This document shows, piece after piece, positions 1 to 11,452 of a stretch of DNA of 64,000 nucleotides. Position 1 is the first letter of the stretch. Every line of letters begins with the position of its first letter. Both the position numbers and the translations under genes were made by a program. Source of the stretch: Dehalococcoidia bacterium (GTDB taxonomy: Bacteria; Chloroflexota; Dehalococcoidia; Lucifugimonadales; Australimonadaceae); the NCBI GenBank assembly GCA_034422795.1, contig DAOUJK010000006.1, positions 1,662-65,661 on the forward strand, written 5' to 3'. Under the pieces are notes generated by a model that was not told the DNA's origin, did not search any database, and saw nothing but the letters and a program-made list of their open reading frames with translations.

Positions 1-2
1 AG

Positions 3-566
3 CGAGGCACCGCCTACTACAAGCCGGACCCGATACCGGACGACGTCGTGGACCAGATACTGGAGGCGGCGACGCGCGCGCCCAGCGGCAGCAACCGCCA
101 GCCGTGGCGGTTCATCGTGGTGCACGACCGCGAGGTGAAGCGTCAGCTGGGCGAGCTGTACCGCGAGGGACAGCACCGCGCATCGGGATCACCGTCGACT
201 CGGAAGGCGGAAGAGGAGCCCGTTCACTTCAGCGTCGGCATGGAGGACGTGCCTGTGCTGGTGATGGTCTGCGTGGAACGCTGGGATATGAGGGGATTCG
301 AGGTATACCGCGGCGCCTCCATCTACCCGGCGGTGCAGAACCTCATGCTCGCCGCGGCGGCGCACGGCATCGGCACGCGTCTCACGACGATCTGGCAGCA
401 CTGCTACGAGGACGTGGCGGCGCTGCTGGGCGTGCCCAACGACTGGGCGATGATGGCGCTCATCCCGATGGGCTATCCGGCGCCACCGGACCACCTGGGC
501 GGCAGCCGCCGCAAGCCGATCTCCGAAGTGACGTTCATCGACAGGTGGGGGAACGCGGAGGCGTAG
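3..566 (+). CDS. nitroreductase family protein (5' end outside window)
   Basis: Frame is open from the window edge. The RAPSGSNRQPWRFIVV signature is typical of FMN nitroreductases. TAG stop at 564-566. Confidence 0.8.
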   Translation, partial: RGTAYYKPDPIPDDVVDQILEAATRAPSGSNRQPWRFIVVHDREVKRQLGELYREGQHRASGSPSTRKAEEEPVHFSVGMEDVPVLVMVCVERWDMRGFEVYRGASIYPAVQNLMLAAAAHGIGTRLTTIWQHCYEDVAALLGVPNDWAMMALIPMGYPAPPDHLGGSRRKPISEVTFIDRWGNAEA

Positions 567-578
567 GAGGGGCGCACC

Positions 579-1721
579 CTACTCCGCCATGGCGGCGGCG
601 ACGGTCTCGACCTCTTCGAGGAGCGCGTCGAGCATGTCGGCCTCCTCAACGATGCGCGCCTTCTGGCCCTTGCGGAAGATGATGGCGCGGCCGTTGCCGG
701 CGGCGATGCCCACGTCCGCGTCCTTCGCCTCGCCGGGGCCGTTCACCTCGCAGCCCATCACCGCGACCTTCACGGCGGTGTCCATGCCCTTCAGCATCTC
801 GTCGACGGTGTTGGCGAGCTTGCGGATATCCACGTCGGCGCGTCCGCAGGAGGGGCAGGCGACCATCTGGACGCCCTTCTTGCGGAGGTCCAGCGCCTTG
901 AGGATCTCGTAGCCGACCTCAACCTCCTCACGGGAGTCGTCGCTGAGCGAGACGCGGATGGTGTCGCCGATGCCGTCGTAGAGGAGCGTGCCGAGGCCGA
1001 TGGCGCTGCGTATGGAGCCGGAGCGGGCGGTGCCGGCCTCAGTGATGCCGAGATGGAAGGGGTACGGCACCATCTTCGCGAGCTTGCGGTACGCCTCGAC
1101 GGTGGTGTCGATGTCGTAGGCCTTGAGCGAAATCTTGATGAGGTCAAAGTCGAGGTCCTCGAGCAGTTGTATCTCCCAGAGGCCGGTGGCGACCATGTGG
1201 TCGACGACGGAGACCTCCTCGCCCTCGCCGGAGGCCGACGAGCCCTTGACGAGGCGGTTGACGCCGTCGGCGTGGCGGTGCTGGCCTCGCGTGACGCCTA
1301 TCGCGCCGACGGGGGGCAGGCTGCCGAAGTTGACGCCGATGCGGATGGGGGTCTGGCGGGCCTTCGCCTCCCGGACGACGGTACGCACCTTCTCGGCGTC
1401 GCGGATGTTGCCGGGGTTCAGCCGGAGGCAGTCGACGCCCTGGTTGAGGGCTTCGAGCGCGAGCTGGTAGTGGAAGTGGATGTCGGCGACGATGGGGATG
1501 GAGACCTGGCGCTTGATGGCGCCGAGGGCCTGCGCGGCCTCCATGTCCGGCACGGCGCAGCGGATGATCTCGCAGCCGACCTCCTCGAGGCCGTGGATCT
1601 GCGCGACCGTGGCCTCGACGTCGCGGGTGTCGGTCTTGGTCATGGACTGGACGCTGACCGGGGCGTCCCCGCCGATCTTGACGTCTCCCACCCACACAGG
1701 CTTGGTTACGCGGCGTGCCAT
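579..1721 (-). CDS. ispG: 4-hydroxy-3-methylbut-2-enyl diphosphate synthase (IspG/GcpE)
   Basis: MARRVTKPVWVGDVKIGGDAPVSVQSMTKT... is a canonical IspG N-terminus, with C-terminal CPSCGR and GCxVNGPGE Fe-S motifs. I chose the ATG at 1721; the longer ORF to 1925 runs into a repeat array. Confidence 0.93.
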   Translation of the reverse strand: MARRVTKPVWVGDVKIGGDAPVSVQSMTKTDTRDVEATVAQIHGLEEVGCEIIRCAVPDMEAAQALGAIKRQVSIPIVADIHFHYQLALEALNQGVDCLRLNPGNIRDAEKVRTVVREAKARQTPIRIGVNFGSLPPVGAIGVTRGQHRHADGVNRLVKGSSASGEGEEVSVVDHMVATGLWEIQLLEDLDFDLIKISLKAYDIDTTVEAYRKLAKMVPYPFHLGITEAGTARSGSIRSAIGLGTLLYDGIGDTIRVSLSDDSREEVEVGYEILKALDLRKKGVQMVACPSCGRADVDIRKLANTVDEMLKGMDTAVKVAVMGCEVNGPGEAKDADVGIAAGNGRAIIFRKGQKARIVEEADMLDALLEEVETVAAAMAE

Positions 1722-1767
1722 GCTCGGCTCCTCAAGTTGCTGCGACCATGATACACCCGCCGGGCAA

Positions 1768-2166
1768 CCCTCACCCCCAGCCCCTCTCCCAGAGGGCGAG
1801 GGGAGCAAGCAGGGCGACCACGAGGGTCGTCCCTCCTTCAGACAACCCGAGAGGATGCCGCGCGCGAAGGCACGGGCTGTGCTCGGCATGACGGGCCTCC
1901 TCGCGTCCCCACCGAGGACCCTCACCCGCCGCGCTATCGCGCGACGACCTCTCCCCTAGGGAGAGGTGGGATACAGCAGAGCAACCACGAAGGTCGTCCC
2001 TCCATCTAACCCGGAGAGGATGCCGCGCGCGAAGGCACGGGCTGCGCTCGGCATGACGGGCCTCCTCGCGTCCCCACCGGCTCACCTCACCCGCCGCGCT
2101 GTCGCGCGACGACCTCTCCCAGAAGGAGAGGTGGGATACGTCGTTCCTGCGGAAGCAGGAACGACG
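1768..2166. repeat. intergenic repeat array: ~167-bp unit duplicated in tandem, three copies of a ctctccc..gagagg hairpin motif, and a terminal 12-bp-stem hairpin
   Basis: gcgaccacgagggtcgtccctcc at 1814 recurs as gcaaccacgaaggtcgtccctcc at 1981, giving a period of 167. gaggatgccgcgcgcgaaggcacgggctg.gctcggcatgacgggcctcctcgcgtccccacc occurs twice. cgtcgttcctgc-ggaa-gcaggaacgacg lies at 2139-2166. Confidence 0.85.
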
Positions 2167-2224
2167 TGAAGGGGCGCCCACCAGGGGTGCCTCTACACCA
2201 GCCAAGTGCACGGGACTGACGTGG

Positions 2225-3505
2225 TCATGCGAAGAGGCGCTGGATGTCGTTGACGGAGATCATGACTATCGCGGCGATGAGCATCGCGAAGCCGGCGACG
2301 TGGACGAAACGCTCTTTCTCCGGCGCGAGGCGGCGTCCGCCGCGCACGATCTCGACCAGCACGAACGCGATGCGCCCGCCGTCCAATGCGGGGAAGGGGA
2401 TGAGGTTGATGATGGCGAGGTTGATGGAGAGAAGCGCCGTCCAGAGGATGAGCGGGCTGATGCCGGACTCGGCCACGTCGCCCGTCATCTGCGCGATGCC
2501 GATGGGGCCCGCAACCTCGATGGAAGACGACCCCGCTATCCACCGGGAGACCTCGTTCCGGAAGAGCAGGAGTATCTCCCCGATCTGGGTGAAACTCGCC
2601 CGGAACGCCGACAGTGGACCCATAGAGCGGGTCTCTTCCGGGTATGCGGTGACGGTGAGACCGTCGAGCGCGTCCTCGTCGGGCGGCAGTTCCAGCGTGA
2701 CGATGCGGCCCCCTCGCAGCACTTCCACCGGCACCGGCCGGCCGGGCGACTCCTGCAGAGCAGCAGCAAGGGCCGACGGGGGGCTGTCCTCGTGCAGCAC
2801 GCGCCTATCGCCCACCGTGAGGAGGAGGTCGCCCGGCAGCAGGCCGCTCCCTGCAGCCGTCGAACCGGAAGCAACCGATACGACGGTCAGCCGGGCGTCG
2901 GTGAGGAAGATGCCGACGGCGCCCTGTCCTTCCGGCGGGTCGACGCGCGCCTCCGGGATGCGGAGCGCGACGAGCCGTCCGCGACGCTCGACCGTCCATG
3001 CGGTGTCGGCGCCCAGTCTCAGGTTGATGGCGATGAGCAGGTCTGAGGAGTTGTCGATACGCCCGCCATCCGCCTCCCGGATGAGGTCTCCCGGCTGCAC
3101 TCCCGCCAGCTCAGCAGGCGACCCCGGCGCGACGCTCAACACGGCCACGTCCGTCACCGGCACGGGCTGTGGGGTCATGAATACGACAGTGAGCAGAACG
3201 ACGGGGAGCACTGCGTTCATGGCGGAGCCCGCGCCGAGGATGAACAGCCGTTGCCAGGCGCTCTTCTCCGAGAAGCTCCCGGGCAAGGTGGAGGCCTCCT
3301 CGCCGAGCATCCGCACGAAGCCGCCGAACGGCAGCAGGTTGAGCGAGTACGTCGTTCCGCCACGCGTGAAGCCGAGTACGCGGGGCGGCAGACCGACGCC
3401 GAACTCCAGCACCCGCACCCGGGCGAGTCTCGCGGCGAAGAAGTGCCCCAGCTCGTGGACGATGACGAGGGAGCCGAGAACGACGAGGAAAAGAAGGACG
3501 GACAT
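2225..3505 (-). CDS. rseP: RIP metalloprotease RseP/site-2 protease (M50 family, PDZ domains)
   Basis: HELGHFFAAR zinc motif at the N-terminus, a central PDZ-like region, C-terminal LNLLPFPALDGG-type motif (NLIPFPALDGGR). Sits in conserved dxr-rseP-ispG synteny. Confidence 0.9.
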   Translation of the reverse strand: MSVLLFLVVLGSLVIVHELGHFFAARLARVRVLEFGVGLPPRVLGFTRGGTTYSLNLLPFGGFVRMLGEEASTLPGSFSEKSAWQRLFILGAGSAMNAVLPVVLLTVVFMTPQPVPVTDVAVLSVAPGSPAELAGVQPGDLIREADGGRIDNSSDLLIAINLRLGADTAWTVERRGRLVALRIPEARVDPPEGQGAVGIFLTDARLTVVSVASGSTAAGSGLLPGDLLLTVGDRRVLHEDSPPSALAAALQESPGRPVPVEVLRGGRIVTLELPPDEDALDGLTVTAYPEETRSMGPLSAFRASFTQIGEILLLFRNEVSRWIAGSSSIEVAGPIGIAQMTGDVAESGISPLILWTALLSINLAIINLIPFPALDGGRIAFVLVEIVRGGRRLAPEKERFVHVAGFAMLIAAIVMISVNDIQRLFA

Positions 3506-3520
3506 GGCGCGAGCGGAGGG

Positions 3521-4645
3521 TCAGGCCACGCCGGCCGCAGCAGCCGCCTCGCGGCGCGCCCACGCGTCGGCCTCGAGCACGGCCTCGGGGGTCGAGGCGT
3601 CGAACGGCTCGTGCCGGTCGAGAACGCTTTCGACGATGCGGTGGATGTCGCCGAAGCCGATGCGCCCATCGAGGAAGTAGTGAACGGCCTCCTCGTCGGC
3701 GGCGCTCAGCACGGCGGGATAGGTCTGCTCCCTGCGTCCGGCCTGCACCGCAGTAGCGAAGCAGGGGTAACGCGCGGGGTCCAGCGGTTCGAACGTGAGC
3801 GACGGCCAGGCGAGCGGGTCGTAGCGCGGCAGGTTGCCGTTGTCGAGGCGGGCGGGGTAGGCCAGCGCCGCCTGGATGGGCAACCGCATGTCCGGCGGAC
3901 CCATCTGCGCCTTCACCGAGCCGTCCGCACACTCGATCATGGAGTGGATGACGCTCTGCGGGTGGACAACGACGTCGATGCGGTCGAACGGGATGTCGAA
4001 GAGCCAGCGACTCTCGATGACCTCGAAGCCCTTGTTCATCAGCGTGGAGGAGTCGACGGTAATCTTGCGCCCCATGACCCAGGTGGGATGCGCGAGCGCC
4101 TCCGCGGGGGTGACGCCGGCGATCTCGTCCAGCGGCCGCGTGCGGAACGGGCCGCCCGAGGCGGTGATGATGAGCCTGCGCACCGGCTCCTCCTCGCCGC
4201 GCATGCACTGCCAGATGGCGGAGGGCTCGCTGTCCACGGGCAGGAGCGGCGCTCCGTGCTTCTCGGCGACGCGGGTGACGAGCTCGCCCGCCATGACGAC
4301 GACCTCCTTGTTGGAGAGCGCGACGGCCTTGCCCGCGCGGAGCGCGTTCAGCGTGGGGACGAGGCCCGCACGGCCCGTCGTCGCGACCATCACGAGGTCG
4401 ACGTCCGGATCGACCACCATCTCCTCGGGCGGCACGAGCGACGCGCCGTCTCCGGCAACGGTCTCACGTCCCTCCTCCGACCAGACCATGCGGGGCTTGA
4501 ACCCGGCGACCTGCTCGGCGAGCAGCCCGAGGTTGCGCCCCGCCGACAGCCCCGCAACCCGGAAATCGTCCGGCAGGGCGCGCACGACGTCGAGCGTCTG
4601 CGTGCCGATGGAGCCGGTGGAGCCGAGTACGACGATGTTCTTCAT
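3521..4645 (-). CDS. dxr: 1-deoxy-D-xylulose 5-phosphate reductoisomerase
   Basis: MKNIVVLGSTGSIGTQTLDVV NADPH-binding N-terminus; Dxr-like over the full length. Confidence 0.95.
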   Translation of the reverse strand: MKNIVVLGSTGSIGTQTLDVVRALPDDFRVAGLSAGRNLGLLAEQVAGFKPRMVWSEEGRETVAGDGASLVPPEEMVVDPDVDLVMVATTGRAGLVPTLNALRAGKAVALSNKEVVVMAGELVTRVAEKHGAPLLPVDSEPSAIWQCMRGEEEPVRRLIITASGGPFRTRPLDEIAGVTPAEALAHPTWVMGRKITVDSSTLMNKGFEVIESRWLFDIPFDRIDVVVHPQSVIHSMIECADGSVKAQMGPPDMRLPIQAALAYPARLDNGNLPRYDPLAWPSLTFEPLDPARYPCFATAVQAGRREQTYPAVLSAADEEAVHYFLDGRIGFGDIHRIVESVLDRHEPFDASTPEAVLEADAWARREAAAAAGVA

Positions 4646-4665
4646 GATGCGACTACGTTTCGTCT

Positions 4666-5019
4666 TCAGTAGATGCCGCCCGCGCGCTGCTGCTCACGGA
4701 TGTACAGGATGATCTGCTCCAGTTCCTCGTCAGACACCCCCACTATAGGCGGCATATCTCCAAAGAACCAGTGATGGGAGGGGACGCCGTTGCGCACCGC
4801 ACGGCGGATGGAGTCGTCGTTGTGATGTCCCGGCACGTACAGCCGGTGGACGAGCGGCGGGCCGCTCCCCGTGCCCAGCGCACCCGCGCCGTGGCAGGTG
4901 GCGCAGTTGGCGTCGAACCGTTCCCTGCCTTTCTCAACGTCTCCGCCTCCACCGCACGCCAGGGCTCCCCCCAGAAGCAGGAGCGCCACCATTCCCAGAA
5001 CCGCACGTTGCCTGTTCAT
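4666..5019 (-). CDS. small c-type cytochrome, probable lipoprotein
   Basis: Signal peptide with lipobox-like LGGALAC; single CATCHG heme-binding motif. ATG at 5019 is preceded by GAGG; an alternative GTG at 5031 overlaps the cdsA stop. Confidence 0.75.
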   Translation of the reverse strand: MNRQRAVLGMVALLLLGGALACGGGGDVEKGRERFDANCATCHGAGALGTGSGPPLVHRLYVPGHHNDDSIRRAVRNGVPSHHWFFGDMPPIVGVSDEELEQIILYIREQQRAGGIY

Positions 5020-5027
5020 TTTGCCTC

Positions 5028-5710
5028 TCACCAGACCCTCGACGCATAGTAGACGAGAGGGAACACCGGCAGAAGGCTGTCCAGGCGGTCGAGCAGGCCG
5101 CCGTGGCCGGGGATGAGTCGTCCGGAGTCCTTCGCGTCCGCCATGCGCTTCATCTTCGATTCGAGCAGGTCGCCTGCCTGCGCCAGGACGCCAACGCCCA
5201 GCCCCAGTGCGAGCGCGGGGAGGAGGCGCGTCTCTATCTCACCGAGGAGCGCCACGAGCGCGGCAGCAGCGGCAGCGGCGCCGACGAGGCCTCCTATCGC
5301 GCCCTCCCACGTCTTGCCCGGCGAGACGGACGACGCCAGCTTGCGGCGTCCCATCGCCCTGCCGACGGCGTAGGCGCTGGTGTCGGTCGCGAACGTCACG
5401 AGGAACGCCAGCGCGGTCCATTGCAGACCGGCGTCGCCGAGGCGCATGGCGATGAGCGCGGCGAACGGCAGGGCGACGTACGCGACGCCGCCGACGGCAA
5501 ACGCGCCGTCGAGCAGGATGGGACCGGCATCGCGCAGCGTCCGGGCGCGACGGAGCAGGTCCAACAGCTCGCGGAGGGCGATCAGTGCGGCGACGATGGC
5601 GACGGCCGCGAATACAGGCCCTCCGGCCCAGAGCACGAGGAAGAGGAGCGGGAGGCCGACCGCCGCGCTGGCGACACGGAGGCGCAATTCGCTCCGCGGA
5701 CGAGCGCTCA

Positions 5711-5711
<1 letters not shown>
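5028..5711 (-). CDS. cdsA: phosphatidate cytidylyltransferase
   Basis: Polytopic membrane protein with the C-terminal signature GDLLESKMKRMADAKDSGRLIPGHGGLLDRLDS. Its ATG overlaps the uppS stop (TGATG). Confidence 0.9.
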
Positions 5712-6451
<740 letters not shown>

Positions 6452-6458
6452 GAGCGGC

Positions 6459-7034
6459 CTAGACCTCCATCAGCTCGGCTTCTTTCTTGTCGTTCACCTG
6501 GTCCGCCCTGGCGACGTGCTCGTCCGTGATCTTCTGAAGCTGGTCCTGTTCACGGCGGAGCTCGTCCTGGGAGATCTCTTTGTTCTTCTCGAGGCCGCGC
6601 AGGTGGTCCAGCGCGTCGCGGCGGACGTTCCGGATGGCCACGTGGGCGTCCTCGCGAAGCCGGTGCAGGCGCTTCACCATCTCCTGCCGCCGCTCCTGGG
6701 TCATCATGGGGATGGGCAGGCGGATCACCGTGCCGTCGTTACTGGGCGTCAGGCCCAGGTCGGCGCGCATCAGCTCCTTCTCGATAGTACCGAGCGTCGA
6801 CCTGTCGAACGGCTGAACGACGAGCAGACGGGCGTCGGGGGCATTGATGGTGGCAACCTGGTTGAGCGGCATGGCCGTGCCGTAGAGCTCGACCCGGATG
6901 GAGTCGAGCATGGCGACGTTGGCGCGCCCCGTGCGGATGGTGTCTGCCTCGTGGCGGAGCACCTCGACGGACTTGTCCATCCGCTCCGCCGCATCCATCA
7001 GGATGAGTTCAACTTCTTCGTTCGTCTCTGCCAT
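6459..7034 (-). CDS. frr: ribosome recycling factor
   Basis: Typical Frr length (191 aa) and sequence; conserved pyrH-frr-uppS synteny. Confidence 0.95.
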   Translation of the reverse strand: MAETNEEVELILMDAAERMDKSVEVLRHEADTIRTGRANVAMLDSIRVELYGTAMPLNQVATINAPDARLLVVQPFDRSTLGTIEKELMRADLGLTPSNDGTVIRLPIPMMTQERRQEMVKRLHRLREDAHVAIRNVRRDALDHLRGLEKNKEISQDELRREQDQLQKITDEHVARADQVNDKKEAELMEV

Positions 7035-7066
7035 GGTGCGAGCCTCTTGCCCCTTGTCCTCCAGGG

Positions 7067-8322
<1,256 letters not shown>

Positions 8323-8350
8323 TGGTTACCTCGCTTCTCGAATGAAGTGC

Positions 8351-9256
8351 TTACTCTTGTTCGCCCTGCGTGACGTCTGCCGGCGGGACCTCAATCTCTG
8401 CCGGGACCTCAGTTTCCGGAGCAGAGCCGTCGTCCCCGGAAGCACTCTCCGCGTCGTCTTCGAGAACGGGTTCCGCTTCCACCGGTTCGTCCACTACCTG
8501 GCTGTAGCCGCCGCGGGACGAGAGCCACTCGTTGTGTCCCGCCTGGGCGGAGCGAGCGATGTGGCCGGAGATGAGCCTGATGGAGCGTATCGCGTCGTCG
8601 TTGCCGGGGACCGGCCAATCGATGTCCGCGGGATCGCAGTCGGTGTCGACGAGGGCGATGATGGGGATGCCCGCGCGCTTGGCCTCGGCGACAGCGATGT
8701 TCTCACGGCCAACGTCAACGATGAAAAGCGCGCCGGGGAGGGAGGTCATGTCTTTGATACCGCCAAGGTAGCGGTTGAGCTTCTCAATCTTGGCGTCGAG
8801 CTTCAGCGCTTCTTTCTTCAGGAGGCGGTTGAACTCGCCGCGGGCCTTCCGCTCCTCCAGGTCCACGAGATGATCGATGCGCGTCTGGATGGTGGTGAAG
8901 TTGGTGATGGTGCCGCCGAGCCAGCGCTGGTTGATGTAGTACTGCCCGGCACGGACTGCTTCTTCCTTCACGGACTCCTGGGCCTGCTTCTTGGTCCCCA
9001 CCATGAGGATGCGCTTGCCGGCGGCAGCGACTTCCGTCGCGAACGCGCACGCTTGCTCCAAGAGCTCCATCGTCTGTTGAAGGTCCACGATGTGGATGCC
9101 ATTCCGCTGGGCAAAAATGAAGCGCCGCATCCGGGGGTTCCACCTGTGCGTCTGATGGCCGAAGTGGACGCCTGCCTCCAGCAGCGCTCGCATACTGAGT
9201 GACTCGTCCCCCTGAGGCGCAACCTCACGGGGCGCGTCGGACTGTATCTGTACCAT
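8351..9256 (-). CDS. rpsB: 30S ribosomal protein S2 with acidic C-terminal extension
   Basis: LLEAGVHFGHQTHRWNPRM S2 signature; rpsB-tsf synteny. Confidence 0.95.
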   Translation of the reverse strand: MVQIQSDAPREVAPQGDESLSMRALLEAGVHFGHQTHRWNPRMRRFIFAQRNGIHIVDLQQTMELLEQACAFATEVAAAGKRILMVGTKKQAQESVKEEAVRAGQYYINQRWLGGTITNFTTIQTRIDHLVDLEERKARGEFNRLLKKEALKLDAKIEKLNRYLGGIKDMTSLPGALFIVDVGRENIAVAEAKRAGIPIIALVDTDCDPADIDWPVPGNDDAIRSIRLISGHIARSAQAGHNEWLSSRGGYSQVVDEPVEAEPVLEDDAESASGDDGSAPETEVPAEIEVPPADVTQGEQE

Positions 9257-9380
9257 GGGACCTGCCTTTCTGTCGGTCTAAGAGATGTCCACGAGGCTCG
9301 ACATTCCCCGTGGTTGCGCCGGAGCGCTGCCCGATTGTAGCACAGTGGTATAGCGCCGCACACAGGGCGGCGCCGGGTGC

Positions 9381-9947
9381 GTGCTATATTGGCCTCGCCC
9401 GGGCATATCGCCTGGGCGGGAGCGGACGATAACAGTGGACTACGCAAGCCTCATCCGGGCGATACCAGACTTCCCGCAGCCCGGCATCCTCTTCCGCGAC
9501 ATCACGCCGCTGCTGGGCGACGGCGAGGCGTTGCGCGCGGTGGTGCAAGACCTCGCCGCGCCGTTCAAAGAGCAGCGCATAGACCGGGTCGCGGGGATCG
9601 AGGCCCGTGGGTTCCTCTTCGGCGCGCCGCTCGCGGTGGAGCTGGGCGCGGGGTTCGTTCCGATGCGGAAGGAAGGCAAGCTGCCCCACGAGACGTTCTC
9701 AGCCCAGTACGAGTTGGAGTACGGCGACGCCGCCATAGAGCTGCACCAGGACGGACTGCAGCCCGGAGACAACGTTCTGCTCGTTGACGACGTGCTCGCA
9801 ACCGGAGGGACGATGGCAGCGGCGGTGGAGCTCGTGCAGCAGACGGGAGCGAACGTTGCGGGCATCTTGACACTCATCGAACTCACGGCGCTTAACGGCC
9901 GGGCCCGGCTGCCCGGCCACGACGTGGTCGCGCTGATCCGCTACTAG
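9381..9947 (+). CDS. apt: adenine phosphoribosyltransferase
   Basis: IPDFPQPGILFRDITPLL and VLLVDDVLATGGT PRPP-binding motifs. The start is uncertain: GTG at 9381 or in-frame GTG at 9435. Confidence 0.9.
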   Translation: MLYWPRPGISPGRERTITVDYASLIRAIPDFPQPGILFRDITPLLGDGEALRAVVQDLAAPFKEQRIDRVAGIEARGFLFGAPLAVELGAGFVPMRKEGKLPHETFSAQYELEYGDAAIELHQDGLQPGDNVLLVDDVLATGGTMAAAVELVQQTGANVAGILTLIELTALNGRARLPGHDVVALIRY

Positions 9948-9960
9948 CTCCGTCGGCGAT

Positions 9961-9990
9961 TTGACACGCCGAGAAGCGCACACGGACAAT
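9961..9990 (+). promoter_or_regulatory. candidate sigma-70-type promoter upstream of the thiolase gene
   Basis: TTGACA (9961-9966), 18-nt spacer, GACAAT (9985-9990), about 30 nt before the ATG at 10020. Confidence 0.3.
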
Positions 9991-10019
9991 CCGCCCAAGT
10001 ACGAACGGGGGAGCGAACT

Positions 10020-11204
10020 ATGCAGGACGTGGTGATCGTAGGCGGCGCCCGGACGCCCGTGGGACGGTTCGGAGGCGCCTTCAAGGACATCCTGGCGTCG
10101 GACCTCGGCGCCGTCGCCATCAGAGCGGCCGTCGAGCGCGCGGGCATCCGCCCGGAGGACGTCGACGAAGTGATCATGGGCAACGTACTCCAGGCCGACG
10201 AGACGGGCTACACCGCCCGGCGCGCAATGCTCAAGGCAGGGCTGCCCGACCACATCCCCGCGATGACTGTGAACCGGGCGTGCTCATCCGGGCTGGAGGC
10301 CATCAATCTCGCGGTGCAGGCCATCGCCACCGGCGAGTCGGAGGTCGTCGTCGCGGGAGGCGCGGACAGCATGAGCCGCGTGCCCTATCTCATGCGGGGC
10401 GTCCGGTTCGAAGGACCGCGCATGGGCGATTACTCCGTTACGGACGGCCTCACCCTGGGCCTGAGCTGCCCCATCTACGACTACCACATGGGCGTCACGG
10501 CTGAGAACGTAGCAGACCGCTTCGAGGTAAGCAGGGAAGCGCAAGACCAGCTGGCGGTGAGCAGCCACCAGCGCGCGGTCCACGCGCAGGGAGAGGGCTA
10601 CTTCGACGCGCAGATCGCGCCGGTGAGCGTCCCGCAGCGGCGGGGAGACCCCGTAACGGTGTCGCAGGACGAGCATCCCCGCGCGGACACGACGCTGGAA
10701 GGACTGGCCAAGCTGCGCCCGGTGTTCAAGGAGGGCGGCACCGTGACCGCCGGCAACTCCGCCGGCATCAACGACGGCGCCGCTGCGGTCGTCGTGATGT
10801 CGCGGGAGCGCGCGGAGGCGGAAGGGCTGACGCCCCGGCTGCGCTGGGTGGGTCGCGGCGTCTCCGGGGTCGATCCATCGGTGATGGGGATAGGGCCGGT
10901 GCCGTCCACGCGCAAGGTGCTCGAGAAGACAGGTATGGCGATAAGCGACCTCGACCTCATCGAGCTGAACGAGGCGTTCGCGGCGCAGGCGCTCTACGTG
11001 ATGCGCGAACTGGACATGGACCAGGAGCGGACGAACGTCAATGGCAGCGGCATCTCCCTCGGCCACCCGGTAGGCGCAACCGGCGCAATCATGACCGTGA
11101 AGCTCATGGAGGAGCTGACGCGCACGGACGGGCAGTTCGGGCTCGTGACGATGTGCGTTGGCGGCGGACAGGGCGTCTCGACCGTATTCGAGCGGCTCAA
11201 CTGA
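10020..11204 (+). CDS. acetyl-CoA C-acetyltransferase (thiolase II)
   Basis: [12 protein letters not shown] active-site Cys, [15 protein letters not shown] and C-terminal CVGGGQG thiolase motifs. Confidence 0.9.
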   Translation: MQDVVIVGGARTPVGRFGGAFKDILASDLGAVAIRAAVERAGIRPEDVDEVIMGNVLQADETGYTARRAMLKAGLPDHIPAMTVNRACSSGLEAINLAVQAIATGESEVVVAGGADSMSRVPYLMRGVRFEGPRMGDYSVTDGLTLGLSCPIYDYHMGVTAENVADRFEVSREAQDQLAVSSHQRAVHAQGEGYFDAQIAPVSVPQRRGDPVTVSQDEHPRADTTLEGLAKLRPVFKEGGTVTAGNSAGINDGAAAVVVMSRERAEAEGLTPRLRWVGRGVSGVDPSVMGIGPVPSTRKVLEKTGMAISDLDLIELNEAFAAQALYVMRELDMDQERTNVNGSGISLGHPVGATGAIMTVKLMEELTRTDGQFGLVTMCVGGGQGVSTVFERLN

Positions 11205-11263
11205 CGAGCGCTGACGCCGCCGCTCCCTGACCGGTCCCACAAAGCGTCTCCGGCGAGCGGCGC

Positions 11264-11292
11264 TTGACAGGCCCCATCGACCCTGCTAGTGT
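11264..11292 (+). promoter_or_regulatory. candidate sigma-70-type promoter for rpoBC
   Basis: TTGACA (11264-11269), exact 17-nt spacer, TAGTGT (11287-11292), located upstream of rpoB. Confidence 0.4.
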
Positions 11293-11452
11293 TAACCGGA
11301 CGTATCAGATGCTGTTCACCGCGCCTGAGCATCAGAAGCCCCGAAACCCCTAAAGCCTTGTTACAGAGGTCTGGCGTTGCATATCCGCCGGGCCTCTTTC
11401 CGTGTCTCCGAGAATCCGTAGTTCGCGCGCTGCGAGGAGGTCCCAGCCAGCA

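Noticed and set aside
579-1925. N-terminal extensions of real genes given by the longest-ORF rule (ispG to 1925, ctaB to 21157, ctaA to 21741, cyclodeaminase to 63996, AAA_25 to 53118, DLH paralog 4 to 23954, LRR protein to 46840).
   Set aside because: The extensions run through repeat arrays or neighbouring genes. They lack family-typical sequence, and internal ATG/GTG starts with RBS or ATGA-type coupling give proteins of canonical length.
1768-2166. The repeat arrays (also 25271-25461, 26901-27039, 49952-50114) considered as possible CRISPR arrays.
   Set aside because: There are only 2-3 copies, the units are 30-167 bp without regular unique spacers, the same motifs are dispersed singly elsewhere, and no cas genes are present.
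9337-9356. tRNA-like D-arm string gtagcacagtggtatagcgc in the rpsB/apt intergenic region.
   Set aside because: The flanking sequence cannot form acceptor, anticodon or T arms, and there is no GTTCGAATC-type T-loop. No tRNA could be folded anywhere in the window.
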